The position numbers and the translations under genes are program-made. Source: Gammaproteobacteria bacterium (GTDB lineage: Bacteria; Pseudomonadota; Gammaproteobacteria; Steroidobacterales; Foliamicaceae). From it: DNA of 64,000 nucleotides. Positions within the stretch are counted from its first letter, which is position 1. Each line of letters begins with the position of its first letter. The notes beneath the pieces are model-generated. The model was given only the letters and a program-made list of their open reading frames with translations, made no database searches and had not been told where the DNA came from. This document shows positions 19,962-27,897 of the stretch, one piece after another. The stretch covers positions 19,585 to 83,584 of the forward strand of contig JAPYNE010000009.1 of assembly GCA_028285945.1 (NCBI GenBank), in the 5' to 3' direction.

Positions 19962-21692
19962 ATGCTCACGAAGATCACTATTCGCAACTTCAAGCGCTTC
20001 GGCGAGGTTGAGGTTGAACTGGGCAGCCCGGTGGTGTTCATCGGGCCGAATAATTCGGGCAAGACCTCCGCGATGCAGGCGCTGGCTTTGTGGGACATTG
20101 GCCTGAAGCGCTGGAACGAGAAGCGTTCGGGCAAGAGCGCGCCGGAGCGGCGGCCGGGAGTGACCGTTAACCGGAGGGATTTGCTGGCTATTCCTGTTCC
20201 CAGCGCGTCGCTTTTATGGCGGGCGCTTCGGGTGCGGAATGTGCGGCGAGCGAACGGGCGGCCGCACACCGAGAATGTGCGCCTCGACCTGGTCGTTGAG
20301 GGTGTGACTGCCGATAAGGCCTAGTCTTGCGGCCTGGAATTCGACTACGCCAACGAGGAATCCTTCTACTGCCGTCCGCTGCGGTTGTCCCAAGGAAAGA
20401 CGCCGGACCGCATGCCCATTCCGGAAGCGGCGAGGGCGGCCCAAATCGTTTTCCTGCCACCCATGTCCGGTCTGGCGGCCACCGAAACGCGGCTCGATCA
20501 GGGGGCGGTGAACGTGCGGATCGGCGAAGGGCGCACGGCGGAAGTGCTGCGGAATCTCTGCCTGCGGATTAACGACGAAACCCCCGAGCTGTGGCAACGG
20601 CTGGCGGCGCAAATCAGAGAACTTTTCGTCGTTGAGCTTGACGAGCCGCGCTATATCTCCGAGCGGGGCGAAATCGTGATGGCCTATCGCGAAGAGGGGA
20701 CGAAGCTGGACCTGTCCTCAAGCGGCCGGGGATTGCAGCAAACCCTTCTCATGCTGGCCTACATGTGCGCCAACCCCGGCGCGATCATCCTGCTCGACGA
20801 GCCGGACGCGCACCTCGAAATTCTCCGCCAGCGCCAGATCTACAAGCTCATCACCGATGTCGCGCTGGAAAACGGCAATCAAATCATTGCGGCAAGCCAT
20901 TCCGAGGTGCTTCTGAACGAAGCGGCCAGCCGCGACATGGTCATAGCTTTCGTGGGCCAGCCGCATCGCTTGCAGGATCGGCCCAGCCAAGTCCATAAGG
21001 CGCTCAGCGAGATCGGATTCGACCAGTACTATCAAGCCGCGCAGGCAGGCTGGGTGCTGTATCTGGAAGGCGCATCGGATTTGGCGATATTGCAGTCTTT
21101 CGCCGAGCGCCTGGGCAATGAGGCGGCGTTGCAGGCGTTGCAGCGCCCATTTGTGCGCTATGTGGGCAACCAGCCGAGGGCGGCGGCGCAGCACTTCTAC
21201 GGTTTGCGGGAGGTGCTTCCGGAGCTTTCCGGCGTGGCGCTGTTTGATCGTCTCGACAGTGAGCCGGAGCCGGACGGCGCCTTGCAATGCATGATGTGGA
21301 AACGACGGGAAATCGAGAACTATTTGTGCTCGCGGGCAACGCTCGAAGCCTATGCCATCGCCTCGGCGCGAGTGGATGAGCCGGCGCCGCTGTTCTCGGA
21401 CATGGAAAAAGACAGGCGCCTGTCGGCTATGCGGGAAGCGGTCGCCGAGGTTGAGGAAGCCATGAGCACACTCGGCAAAGGTTCGCCTTGGGATTCGCAA
21501 GTGAAGGCAAGCGATGACTTTCTCATCCCGCTCTTCAAAACCTACTTCGCAAAACTCGAATTGCCGAACCTCATGGACAAGAAGCAGTTCTATGAGCTTG
21601 CGGCGCACGTGCCGGAGGAGAAGCTCGCCCCGGAAATCAACGAAAAATTGGACAAGATCGCAGACGTGTCCGCCTCAGCACCGTCCATGTAG
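19962..21692 (+). pseudogene. ABC-type ATPase fused to a DUF4435/Toprim-like C-terminal domain, interrupted by one in-frame TAG (20322-20324)
   Basis: ORFs 19962-20324 and 20385-21692 are in the same frame. Walker A GPNNSGKT lies upstream of the stop. Downstream are signature-like SSSGRGLQQTLLML, Walker B IILLDEPDAHL, H-loop IAASHSE, then YLEGASDLAIL ... LFDRLD ... WKRREIENYL. Confidence 0.75.
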
Positions 21693-21752
21693 TGAACCTG
21701 CCGCTATCACTTTCGAATTGACCGAAACTTGTCGCTCAACTGGAGTCACCGA

Positions 21753-22010
21753 TCAGTACACTCGTTCGGCATGCTGCTCAAACCACTGTAAACGGCGATC
21801 GGTTTCTATGCTCGGGTCGGCATCGATTAATCGATCAATGATCTCCGGCAGTTCGTGGAAGCTTGCGCGACTCTTCGGGCCGCAAACTGACCGTTCCCCG
21901 CGATCCGAGCCACTCCGGATGTGGAAAATTCAGACCCTTAATGGGGTGGTGCGTAGCACTTGATCCAAATGCTATATGTGTGCTCGAAGAGCATTGCGGG
22001 AAACTTTTGG
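21753..22010 (-). pseudogene. unidentified gene remnant (frame-broken)
   Basis: The minus strand gives ...FHELPEIIDRLIDADPSIETDRRLQWFEQHAERVY* ending at 21753. Upstream pieces (MLFEHTYSIWIKCYAPPH*, GSEFSTSGVARIAGNGQFAARRVAQAS) are in other frames or stopped. Confidence 0.25.
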
Positions 22011-22050
22011 GTGGCTGGCCATCTTCCCTCTGCCTTACTCCTTGGTCGCG

Positions 22051-22524
22051 TTAACGAAGGTTCATTAGCCACCTAATGCCATGTTGTGCAAGAACGAAAA
22101 GGCCGCCGCCGCCCAGCGCAGCGAAGAACCACACCGCGAGCTGTTGAGCGCGAGCGGCCTGATGTTCCGAGCCAAAAAACATCATGTAGAGAATTGCAAA
22201 TAGCAGCAAGGCGACAACTGCACCCATCCCGAAAGCCAATTTTGATCCGAGGGAAATGCGGGCCATTGCCAATCTCTCGTCGGCCTTGAGGCGTTCCATG
22301 TGGTAGTTGTATTGCCGCGTGTCGGAAGCATCACCCAGCTCAACCGCCCGCAACGCTACTTCGGTGCGGCGGTCTTGACTCTTGATGCGCTCGCGCTCAA
22401 TTTGAAGAACCTGATCAAACAGGACCAATTGCCGAGGATCGGGGCTTTCGTCTGCAGATCCTTCTGAGGGCAGAAGGTCGCCCCCGCCGTGCGTCTTACC
22501 GCTATCGGATACTACTTCGCCCAT
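22051..22524 (-). CDS. hypothetical two-TM membrane protein
   Basis: 157-aa ORF in AT-richer DNA. It has an acidic or coiled N-terminal half, then LAFGMGAVVALLLFAILYMMFF and LAVWFFAALGGGGLFVLAQ. Confidence 0.5.
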   Translation of the reverse strand: MGEVVSDSGKTHGGGDLLPSEGSADESPDPRQLVLFDQVLQIERERIKSQDRRTEVALRAVELGDASDTRQYNYHMERLKADERLAMARISLGSKLAFGMGAVVALLLFAILYMMFFGSEHQAARAQQLAVWFFAALGGGGLFVLAQHGIRWLMNLR

Positions 22525-22810
22525 TCGGACGCTTGTGGCCTAAAACCAGGGAGACGCGAAATGGGAGATGGGCCATCCGCGATACTCGAGAATCGAAATA
22601 AGCGGTCGCAATTGGAATCATTTTTTGCAAGTTCTCCCCCCACCCTAGGTGCGGAAGTAAACTCTACCACGGTATGAATTTTCCGGGTTCATGCGAGTGT
22701 CTTGTCCTGTGGAGATTTACCACGAAAGGGGTGACTGATCAGGTTGCCAGTCAGTTCGGGGCCCCATCGCGATCAAGCGCACCGGTTCGACATCGCCGTT
22801 CGGAGCTAGG

Positions 22811-23074
22811 CTACGCGAAAAGGCCAAATGCCGCAACCGTCGCGGCCAGTCCGGCGGCGACAGCGTAGAAGCGGTTGGTCAGGCGCGTTTCGAGCGCGCC
22901 CATTTCTGCCCGCAGTTCGCTGCCCAGCTTTGCGACATCTGATTTCGTTGCGTAGTCTTGGTGCTGCTGTATCGCTTCGGCAATAGCTTCCGCCTGAGCG
23001 CGCTCCACGCCTGCGGATTCGATCGCCCGCGCAGCTTGGAAGGTATCGAAAGCGGCGGCAGCCATATCGCGCAT
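22811..23074 (-). CDS. DUF1640-like small coiled-coil/membrane protein (paralogue of 8268-8498)
   Basis: MRDMAAAAFDTFQAARAIESAGVERAQAEAIAEAIQ... AVAAGLAATVAAFGLFA. Nucleotide similarity to 8268-8505 includes the CGTTACA just 5' of the ATG. Confidence 0.65.
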   Translation of the reverse strand: MRDMAAAAFDTFQAARAIESAGVERAQAEAIAEAIQQHQDYATKSDVAKLGSELRAEMGALETRLTNRFYAVAAGLAATVAAFGLFA

Positions 23075-23183
23075 TGTAACGCTGGGAGGCGTGGTGGCCA
23101 GCTCGAAATGAGGCGCGTATATGCGTATTTCCGCATAGTCTTCGCCAGCCTCGCGCAGCAATGCCGGTAACTTTGGCAGAAAT

Positions 23184-23541
23184 AGGCGCGTTGATCCATT
23201 CGCCGCTCGGCTTCATCTCGAAAGCAAAGTTTTTGCTGTGGTCGTCACGATTGCCGCCAACCACATTGAACACCATGCGCCGGAAAAGCTGGGTCTTCTC
23301 GGCGTGCGACCGTGTTAGCCAATCGCTGAGCTTGAGCAGCTCGAGGGAGTCGAAGTCCGGCATGTGGAAGTTGGAATGCACCAGTCCGGCAACGCTGTGG
23401 ATATGTCGGCGGCGGTTGCCGGAGTAGCGGTCGAAGCGGCGGGTGATGAAGTAGGCGTTGCCCGCGGCCGTAGCCCAGCCGGCCAAGGAGCGCCGGCGCG
23501 CCGCCGCCCAGCCCGTGGAAATAGACCCGCAGCTCTTTCAT
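23184..23541 (-). pseudogene. hipA: hipA kinase-toxin remnant (large internal deletion/frameshift and 3' truncation)
   Basis: N-terminal MKELRVYFHG... (frame of 23245-23541) jumps to the C-terminal-domain frame: YFITRRFDRY...RRMVFNVVGGNRDDHSKNFAFEM...GEWINAP. Similarity then stops. Confidence 0.7.
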
Positions 23542-23828
23542 GCGCTGCCGTGCGTGGCTAGCAGTTCATCCATGGTGGCGGGGCCAGGCTGGGGAAACAG
23601 CCCTTCAGCATGCTTCAGATCGCCATAAGAGGCGCACAACATCAGGAATTGGCGCAGCGAAATTTCGCCGCTGGTCTCAAACCGGCGAATGGTGGGGGCC
23701 GGCACCCCGCTTACCCTCGCTGCCTCTTGCCGACTGTGCTTGCGGGCGCGCCGCCGCTGCCGCAGTGCCGCCGCCAAATGATCCTGCACTTCCCGAGGCG
23801 TTCCAAAAAGGAATATCGGAGTATTCAT
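23538..23828 (-). CDS. hipB: XRE-family HTH antitoxin, HipB-like
   Basis: HTH segment SRQEAARVSGVPAPTIRRFETSGEISLRQFLML. ATGA overlap with the hipA remnant start. Confidence 0.75.
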   Translation of the reverse strand: MNTPIFLFGTPREVQDHLAAALRQRRRARKHSRQEAARVSGVPAPTIRRFETSGEISLRQFLMLCASYGDLKHAEGLFPQPGPATMDELLATHGSA

Positions 23829-23830
23829 AT

Positions 23831-23880
23831 TTTCTAAAAAAGTTTATTTTGAGATATTCTTGTATCAATTTTTTTAGAAA
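23831..23880. promoter_or_regulatory. AT-rich promoter/operator region with a perfect 11-bp inverted repeat upstream of hipB
   Basis: TTTCTAAAAAA (23831-23841) and TTTTTTAGAAA (23870-23880) are exact reverse complements separated by 28 bp, immediately 5' of the hipB ATG (23828). Confidence 0.5.
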
Positions 23881-24074
23881 TTATGCGCAAGCGCGGGATC
23901 AACAAGGCTAAGCGCATGGCGCAAATCCGAGATCGCATGCCGAAGCTGCTAGAATGGAACCATTCTCTCCGCTAGTTGGCGGTCTGTTCCGCAACGGGGA
24001 ACCCGGCCCGCAGGCGCGCTGCTTGCAATCCGCAAGGCGGTTCGCTTGCAACGCGAAGCGGACTGTCCCGGCAA

Positions 24075-26513
24075 ATGCAAACGAGCCCTCGGATACCGCT
24101 TAAATCCTGCCCGCAAGCCCTGTTTGCGTTGCTTGCCGGCATGGCTCTTCTGAAGGCCGCGCTGCTTGCGCCCGCCGCTTTCGCCGAGGTTCGCGCAGCC
24201 GGCGGTGCGGTGGCGCGAATCGCTTTTCTGATCGACCGCGAGGACCCGCTGGCGGCGCAAATCCGCGCTTTGGCGCGCGAGGAGTTGCTGGCGCTGGCGC
24301 GCGACGAATTCGACGTGCGCCTGCCGGAGGAGCGGGTGGTGACCGCGGATGGCACGGCGGCCGGCATCGCCAAGGCCTTGGAGCGGCTGATCGCGGACGA
24401 GCAAACCGCAATCATCGTGACCCAAGGGCTTATTTCCTCCGAGCTGGCGGCGCGCGCCGCGCCTTGGCCGAAGCCTGTCATCGCGTCAACGGTGCTCGAC
24501 GCGCGCCTTCAGGGGCTTCCCGAAAGCTCGGGCGCCAGCGGCGTGGCCAACCTCACCTACATCGCCTATCCCTCGCCGGGGCCGGTCCTCCGCGACCTGC
24601 GTAAATTCCAAGAGCTCGCGGACTTCTCCAATGTGGCCATCCTAGTGGACGAGGAGGATGCCGTGGCTTTCGCGGGACTTCTTGAGCGGCTGCGCGCAAC
24701 CTCGGCGGACATGGGCATCATGCTGCGTCCGGCGTCCGTGGGCGCAACCGCAGCCAGCGCCCTCGACCGCCTTCCGCCGGATGTCGAGGCCGTGTATCTG
24801 GCGCCGCTCAATGGCTTGGATCCGGGCGAGTTCGAGCGCCTCGCCGAAGGACTCGCCGAGCGCCGCCTGCCGTCCTTCTCCTATTCCGCCGCCGACGTGG
24901 GCCGGGGCATTATGGCCTCGCTGGAGGCGGTTGACGTTGCGCTCGTGGCCCGGCGGATTGCCCTCAACGCCTACCGTATCCTCTTAGGCGACGATCCCGC
25001 CTCGCTCCCGGTCACCATCGTGCCGACCGGGAACCTTGTGTTGAACATGCGCACTATGCGGCGGCTGGGCGTTCTGCCGCCCCTGCAAACGCTGCTCGAG
25101 GCCACGCGGCTGTTCGAGGAGCCCGAAGGCGTGGAGCGCAGCGTGACCATCGAGAGCGCCATGCGCGAGGCGCTTGCCGCCAACCTGGCGCTCGCCGCCG
25201 AGGAGCAGGCGGTCCGGGCCGGCGCCGAGGAGGTCCGCTTGGCGCGCGCGCGCCGTCTGCCGATGGTGGAAGCCGGATTGACGGGCTCGGCCATTTCCAG
25301 GCGGGAGGCGGAATCGTCCTTCGGATTGCGCCCGCAGCGCAACGTGGACGGCGGCTTCACCTTAAGCCAGCTCATCTTCTCGCACGAGGCGAACGCGAAC
25401 GTGTCGATACAGCGGTCGCTGCAGGCATCGAGGGAATGGGACCAGGCGGCTCTTGAGCTCGACGTGGCGCTAGAGGCCGCCGAAGCGTATCTGGACGTTC
25501 TGCGCGGCAAGTCGCTGGAGCAGGTGCAGCAAGACAATCTCGACCTCACGCTCGCATCGCTCCGCTTGGCGCAGGAGCGCGAGCGGATCGGCGCGGCCGG
25601 GCCGGGCGAGCGTTTGCGGCTCAACAGCGAGCTGGCCCGGAGGCGGGCGGAGCGCATCAATGCCTACGCGGCGCGCGCCGCCGCCGAGATGTCGCTGAAC
25701 CAAATCCTCGACCGTCCGATCAGCGAGCCCTTCGCGACGCCCGAAGCCGGACCGGAGGGGCGGGGCCTGCTGGAGGGCAGCCTGGCCATCCGCTACCTGG
25801 CCGATTTGAGCAGGGTCGGCATCCTGGATGACTTCCTGGTCCATGAGGCGGCGGGCATCGCGCCCGAAATCCGCAGCCTCGATGCCGCAATCGCGGCCCA
25901 AAAGCGGCGTTTGGCCTCCACGCGCCAAGCGTTCTATCTTCCGAAGGTGGCGCTTGAAGGCAATGTGGCCGACAACCTGCTGCGCGAAAGCGCGGGAGGC
26001 TCGGGAAGCGCAGCGCCGTCGGGCCTGCCTGCGCCCGCCTCGACGGACGAATCCTGGCAGCTTGGCTTGTCCGTCACCCTGCCGATTTTCCAAGGGAATT
26101 CCCGCAACGCAAGCCGCCGGCAGGCCGCGGCCACTTTGAGCCGGCTGCGCCGCCAGCGCGAACTGGCGGCGCAGCGCATCGAGCAGAACGTGCGGGTTCA
26201 GCTTCTGTTCGCCCGCGCCCGCCTGGCCGTGGTGAGCGAAACCGAAACCGCCGCGGAGAGCGCCCGGCAGTCGCTGGAGCTGGTTACGCAGTCCTACGGG
26301 CAGGGGCTCCTGAGCGTTGTCGATCTGCTGGAAGCGCAAACCAGCGCGTTGGTGAGCGAAATAGGGGTTGCCAACGCCGTATATGACTATTTGGCGAGCT
26401 TGAAGCGCGTCGAGCGCGCCGTCGGACAGTTCGAGGCGCTCGCCACGCCCGAGGAAAGCGCCGATTTCCTGCGGCGGCTGGCCGAATACGAGCGCGTCCG
26501 GAAGCGCGGCTGA
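24075..26513 (+). CDS. TolC-family outer-membrane efflux protein with an extra ~390-aa N-terminal periplasmic-binding-protein-like domain
   Basis: Start at ATG 24075 (MQTSPRIPLKSCPQALFALLAGMALLKAALLAPAAFAE, signal peptide). The C-terminal half has the two TolC/OEP repeats (SAMREALAANLALAAEEQAVRAGAEEVRLARARRLP...). 812 aa in total. Confidence 0.7.
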   Translation: MQTSPRIPLKSCPQALFALLAGMALLKAALLAPAAFAEVRAAGGAVARIAFLIDREDPLAAQIRALAREELLALARDEFDVRLPEERVVTADGTAAGIAKALERLIADEQTAIIVTQGLISSELAARAAPWPKPVIASTVLDARLQGLPESSGASGVANLTYIAYPSPGPVLRDLRKFQELADFSNVAILVDEEDAVAFAGLLERLRATSADMGIMLRPASVGATAASALDRLPPDVEAVYLAPLNGLDPGEFERLAEGLAERRLPSFSYSAADVGRGIMASLEAVDVALVARRIALNAYRILLGDDPASLPVTIVPTGNLVLNMRTMRRLGVLPPLQTLLEATRLFEEPEGVERSVTIESAMREALAANLALAAEEQAVRAGAEEVRLARARRLPMVEAGLTGSAISRREAESSFGLRPQRNVDGGFTLSQLIFSHEANANVSIQRSLQASREWDQAALELDVALEAAEAYLDVLRGKSLEQVQQDNLDLTLASLRLAQERERIGAAGPGERLRLNSELARRRAERINAYAARAAAEMSLNQILDRPISEPFATPEAGPEGRGLLEGSLAIRYLADLSRVGILDDFLVHEAAGIAPEIRSLDAAIAAQKRRLASTRQAFYLPKVALEGNVADNLLRESAGGSGSAAPSGLPAPASTDESWQLGLSVTLPIFQGNSRNASRRQAAATLSRLRRQRELAAQRIEQNVRVQLLFARARLAVVSETETAAESARQSLELVTQSYGQGLLSVVDLLEAQTSALVSEIGVANAVYDYLASLKRVERAVGQFEALATPEESADFLRRLAEYERVRKRG

Positions 26514-27832
26514 TGGCTCGCTGCGCTGGCGCTCGCTCTGCGTCCATCCCCGCCTCGCGGGAGCGGCCGGGGCAGGATGCCCCCGCCGAGCCCCATGGAC
26601 GGGTTCAGGCGTCTTCCGCGAGGCGGGGATGGACGCAAGCCGAGAGGGAAGCCACGCGCCAGCGCTACATCGGGGTTCATGCGTCTCCTGCGAGGCGGGG
26701 ATGGACGCAGAGCTTTAGCCTGCTTATTGCGCCCAGCCGTGCGAGCCGCGCGGCGCTGCTGCTGGCCTTCGCGCTGGGTGCCGGATGCGCCGAGCCGCCG
26801 GCCACGGACGCCGAGGAAATCCGCCCGGTGCGCTACGCCCGCGCGTTCGTGGCGAGCCATGACCAAGTCCGTGCCTTCGCCGGCGTCGCCCAAGCGGCCT
26901 CGGAGCAGGATCTGGCGTTCCGCGTGGCCGGAACGGTCACCGCCGTGGAGGTGGATGTGGGCAGCCGGGTGCGGCGCGGACAGGTGCTGGCGCGGCTCGA
27001 TTCCGGCGATCTGGAGCTGAGGCGGCAGCAGGCCGAGGCCGGCGTCGCCCATGCCCATGCCCAGGCCCGCAACGCCCGGGCCAACTACGAGCGGGTGGTG
27101 GCGCTGTATGAGAGCGGCATCGCGTCGATGAGCGACTTCGATGCCGCGCGCGCCAGTTACGAGTCCGCGAACGCTTCCGAAACTTCGGCGGCAACCGCGT
27201 TGCGTTTGGCCGAGCAGCAGGTTGCCTACGCCCGCCTCGTGGCGCCGGCCGACGGCTCGGTCACGCAGGTGGCGGTGGATATCAACGAAGCGGTGCGGGC
27301 GGGCCAGCCGGTGATCGTGGTGATCGACGCGCACGGCAGCCCTGAGGTGCGGGTAACGGTTCCGGAAGCTTTCATCGCCGGCCTTGAGCCGGGCCGCCCG
27401 GCGCAAGTGGCCTTCGGCGCCGTGCCGGGCAGGATCTTCGCCGCCACCGTCACCGAAGTGGGCACGGCGGCGGCGGATGCTGCGGGCTTTCCCGCGTTCG
27501 TGCGTCTCGACGCGGCGGCCGGGGCGGCCGGGGTTCGTCCCGGAATGGCCGCCGAAGTCACATTCGCGGTGGAAGGCCAAGCCGCGCCGTCCGGGGTGCT
27601 CGTGCCGCCGGAGGCGGTGGGGCAGGACGCGAAAGGCCGCTTCGTGTTCGTGCTCACGCCGCCGGATTCAAACAACATCGCCACGGCCGAGCGCCGCAGC
27701 GTGCGCACCGGCGCGCTCACGCCCCGGGGGCTTGAGGTTCTCCACGGCGTCGCGGCCGGCGAATACGTGGCCACCGCCGGGCTGGCCACGCTCGCGTCCG
27801 GCCAGCGCCTGCGTTTGCTGGGCGCCCGATAG
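26513..27832 (+). CDS. RND efflux periplasmic adaptor lipoprotein (MFP); start codon uncertain
   Basis: Lipobox LLLAFALGAGC at ~26756-26790, then typical MFP barrel and hairpin. The only canonical in-frame start is ATG 26513 (overlapping the TolC stop), ~75 codons upstream and running through the REP cluster. Confidence 0.75.
   Translation: MARCAGARSASIPASRERPGQDAPAEPHGRVQASSARRGWTQAEREATRQRYIGVHASPARRGWTQSFSLLIAPSRASRAALLLAFALGAGCAEPPATDAEEIRPVRYARAFVASHDQVRAFAGVAQAASEQDLAFRVAGTVTAVEVDVGSRVRRGQVLARLDSGDLELRRQQAEAGVAHAHAQARNARANYERVVALYESGIASMSDFDAARASYESANASETSAATALRLAEQQVAYARLVAPADGSVTQVAVDINEAVRAGQPVIVVIDAHGSPEVRVTVPEAFIAGLEPGRPAQVAFGAVPGRIFAATVTEVGTAAADAAGFPAFVRLDAAAGAAGVRPGMAAEVTFAVEGQAAPSGVLVPPEAVGQDAKGRFVFVLTPPDSNNIATAERRSVRTGALTPRGLEVLHGVAAGEYVATAGLATLASGQRLRLLGAR
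26539..26709. repeat. REP-like GC-rich palindromic element cluster (3 copies, one inverted)
   Basis: TGCGTCCATCCCCGCCTCGCGG (26539-60) is the reverse complement of CCGCGAGGCGGGGATGGACGCA (26616-37). A third copy, CTGCGAGGCGGGGATGGACGCA, lies at 26688-709. The two direct copies extend to ~37 bp. Confidence 0.7.
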
Positions 27833-27897
27833 GAACGTTCGTGCCTGCGCTTCCACGCGGCCATGACGCGGCGCCTGCGCCCGCGCCACGCCGCTGA

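Larger units (their letters stand above)
9915..23180. other. AT-richer accessory/defence island 1 (Fic module, Ssp cluster, ATPase-Toprim pseudogene)
   Basis: The drop in G+C relative to the flanks is obvious by eye from ~9.95 kb. The right edge coincides with the truncation point of hipA. No integrase was seen. Confidence 0.6.

Noticed and set aside
20718-21608. 296-aa minus-strand ORF
   Set aside because: It is antisense to the C-terminal part of the ATPase-Toprim gene and has no motifs.
21742-22742. Similar 15-mers GGAGTCACCGATCAG (21742-21756) and GGGGTGACTGATCAG (22728-22742) flanking the remnant and two-TM gene, as possible cassette ends
   Set aside because: There are three mismatches in 15 bp and no extended similarity, so this is probably coincidence.
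22781-22800. tRNA-like T-arm sequence (ACCGGTTCGACATCGCC), and a similar one at 39184-39206 (CGGTCGATTCGACTACTCCGCCA), as possible tRNA genes or att-site fragments at island edges
   Set aside because: I could not fold a cloverleaf around either, the T-loop consensus is imperfect, and no acceptor stem is present. This needs tRNAscan/ARAGORN to be sure.
26539-26709. Possible CRISPR array
   Set aside because: There are only three copies of the 22-bp element, in mixed orientation with irregular spacing. No cas genes are present in the window, and the pattern fits REP/BIME-like elements.
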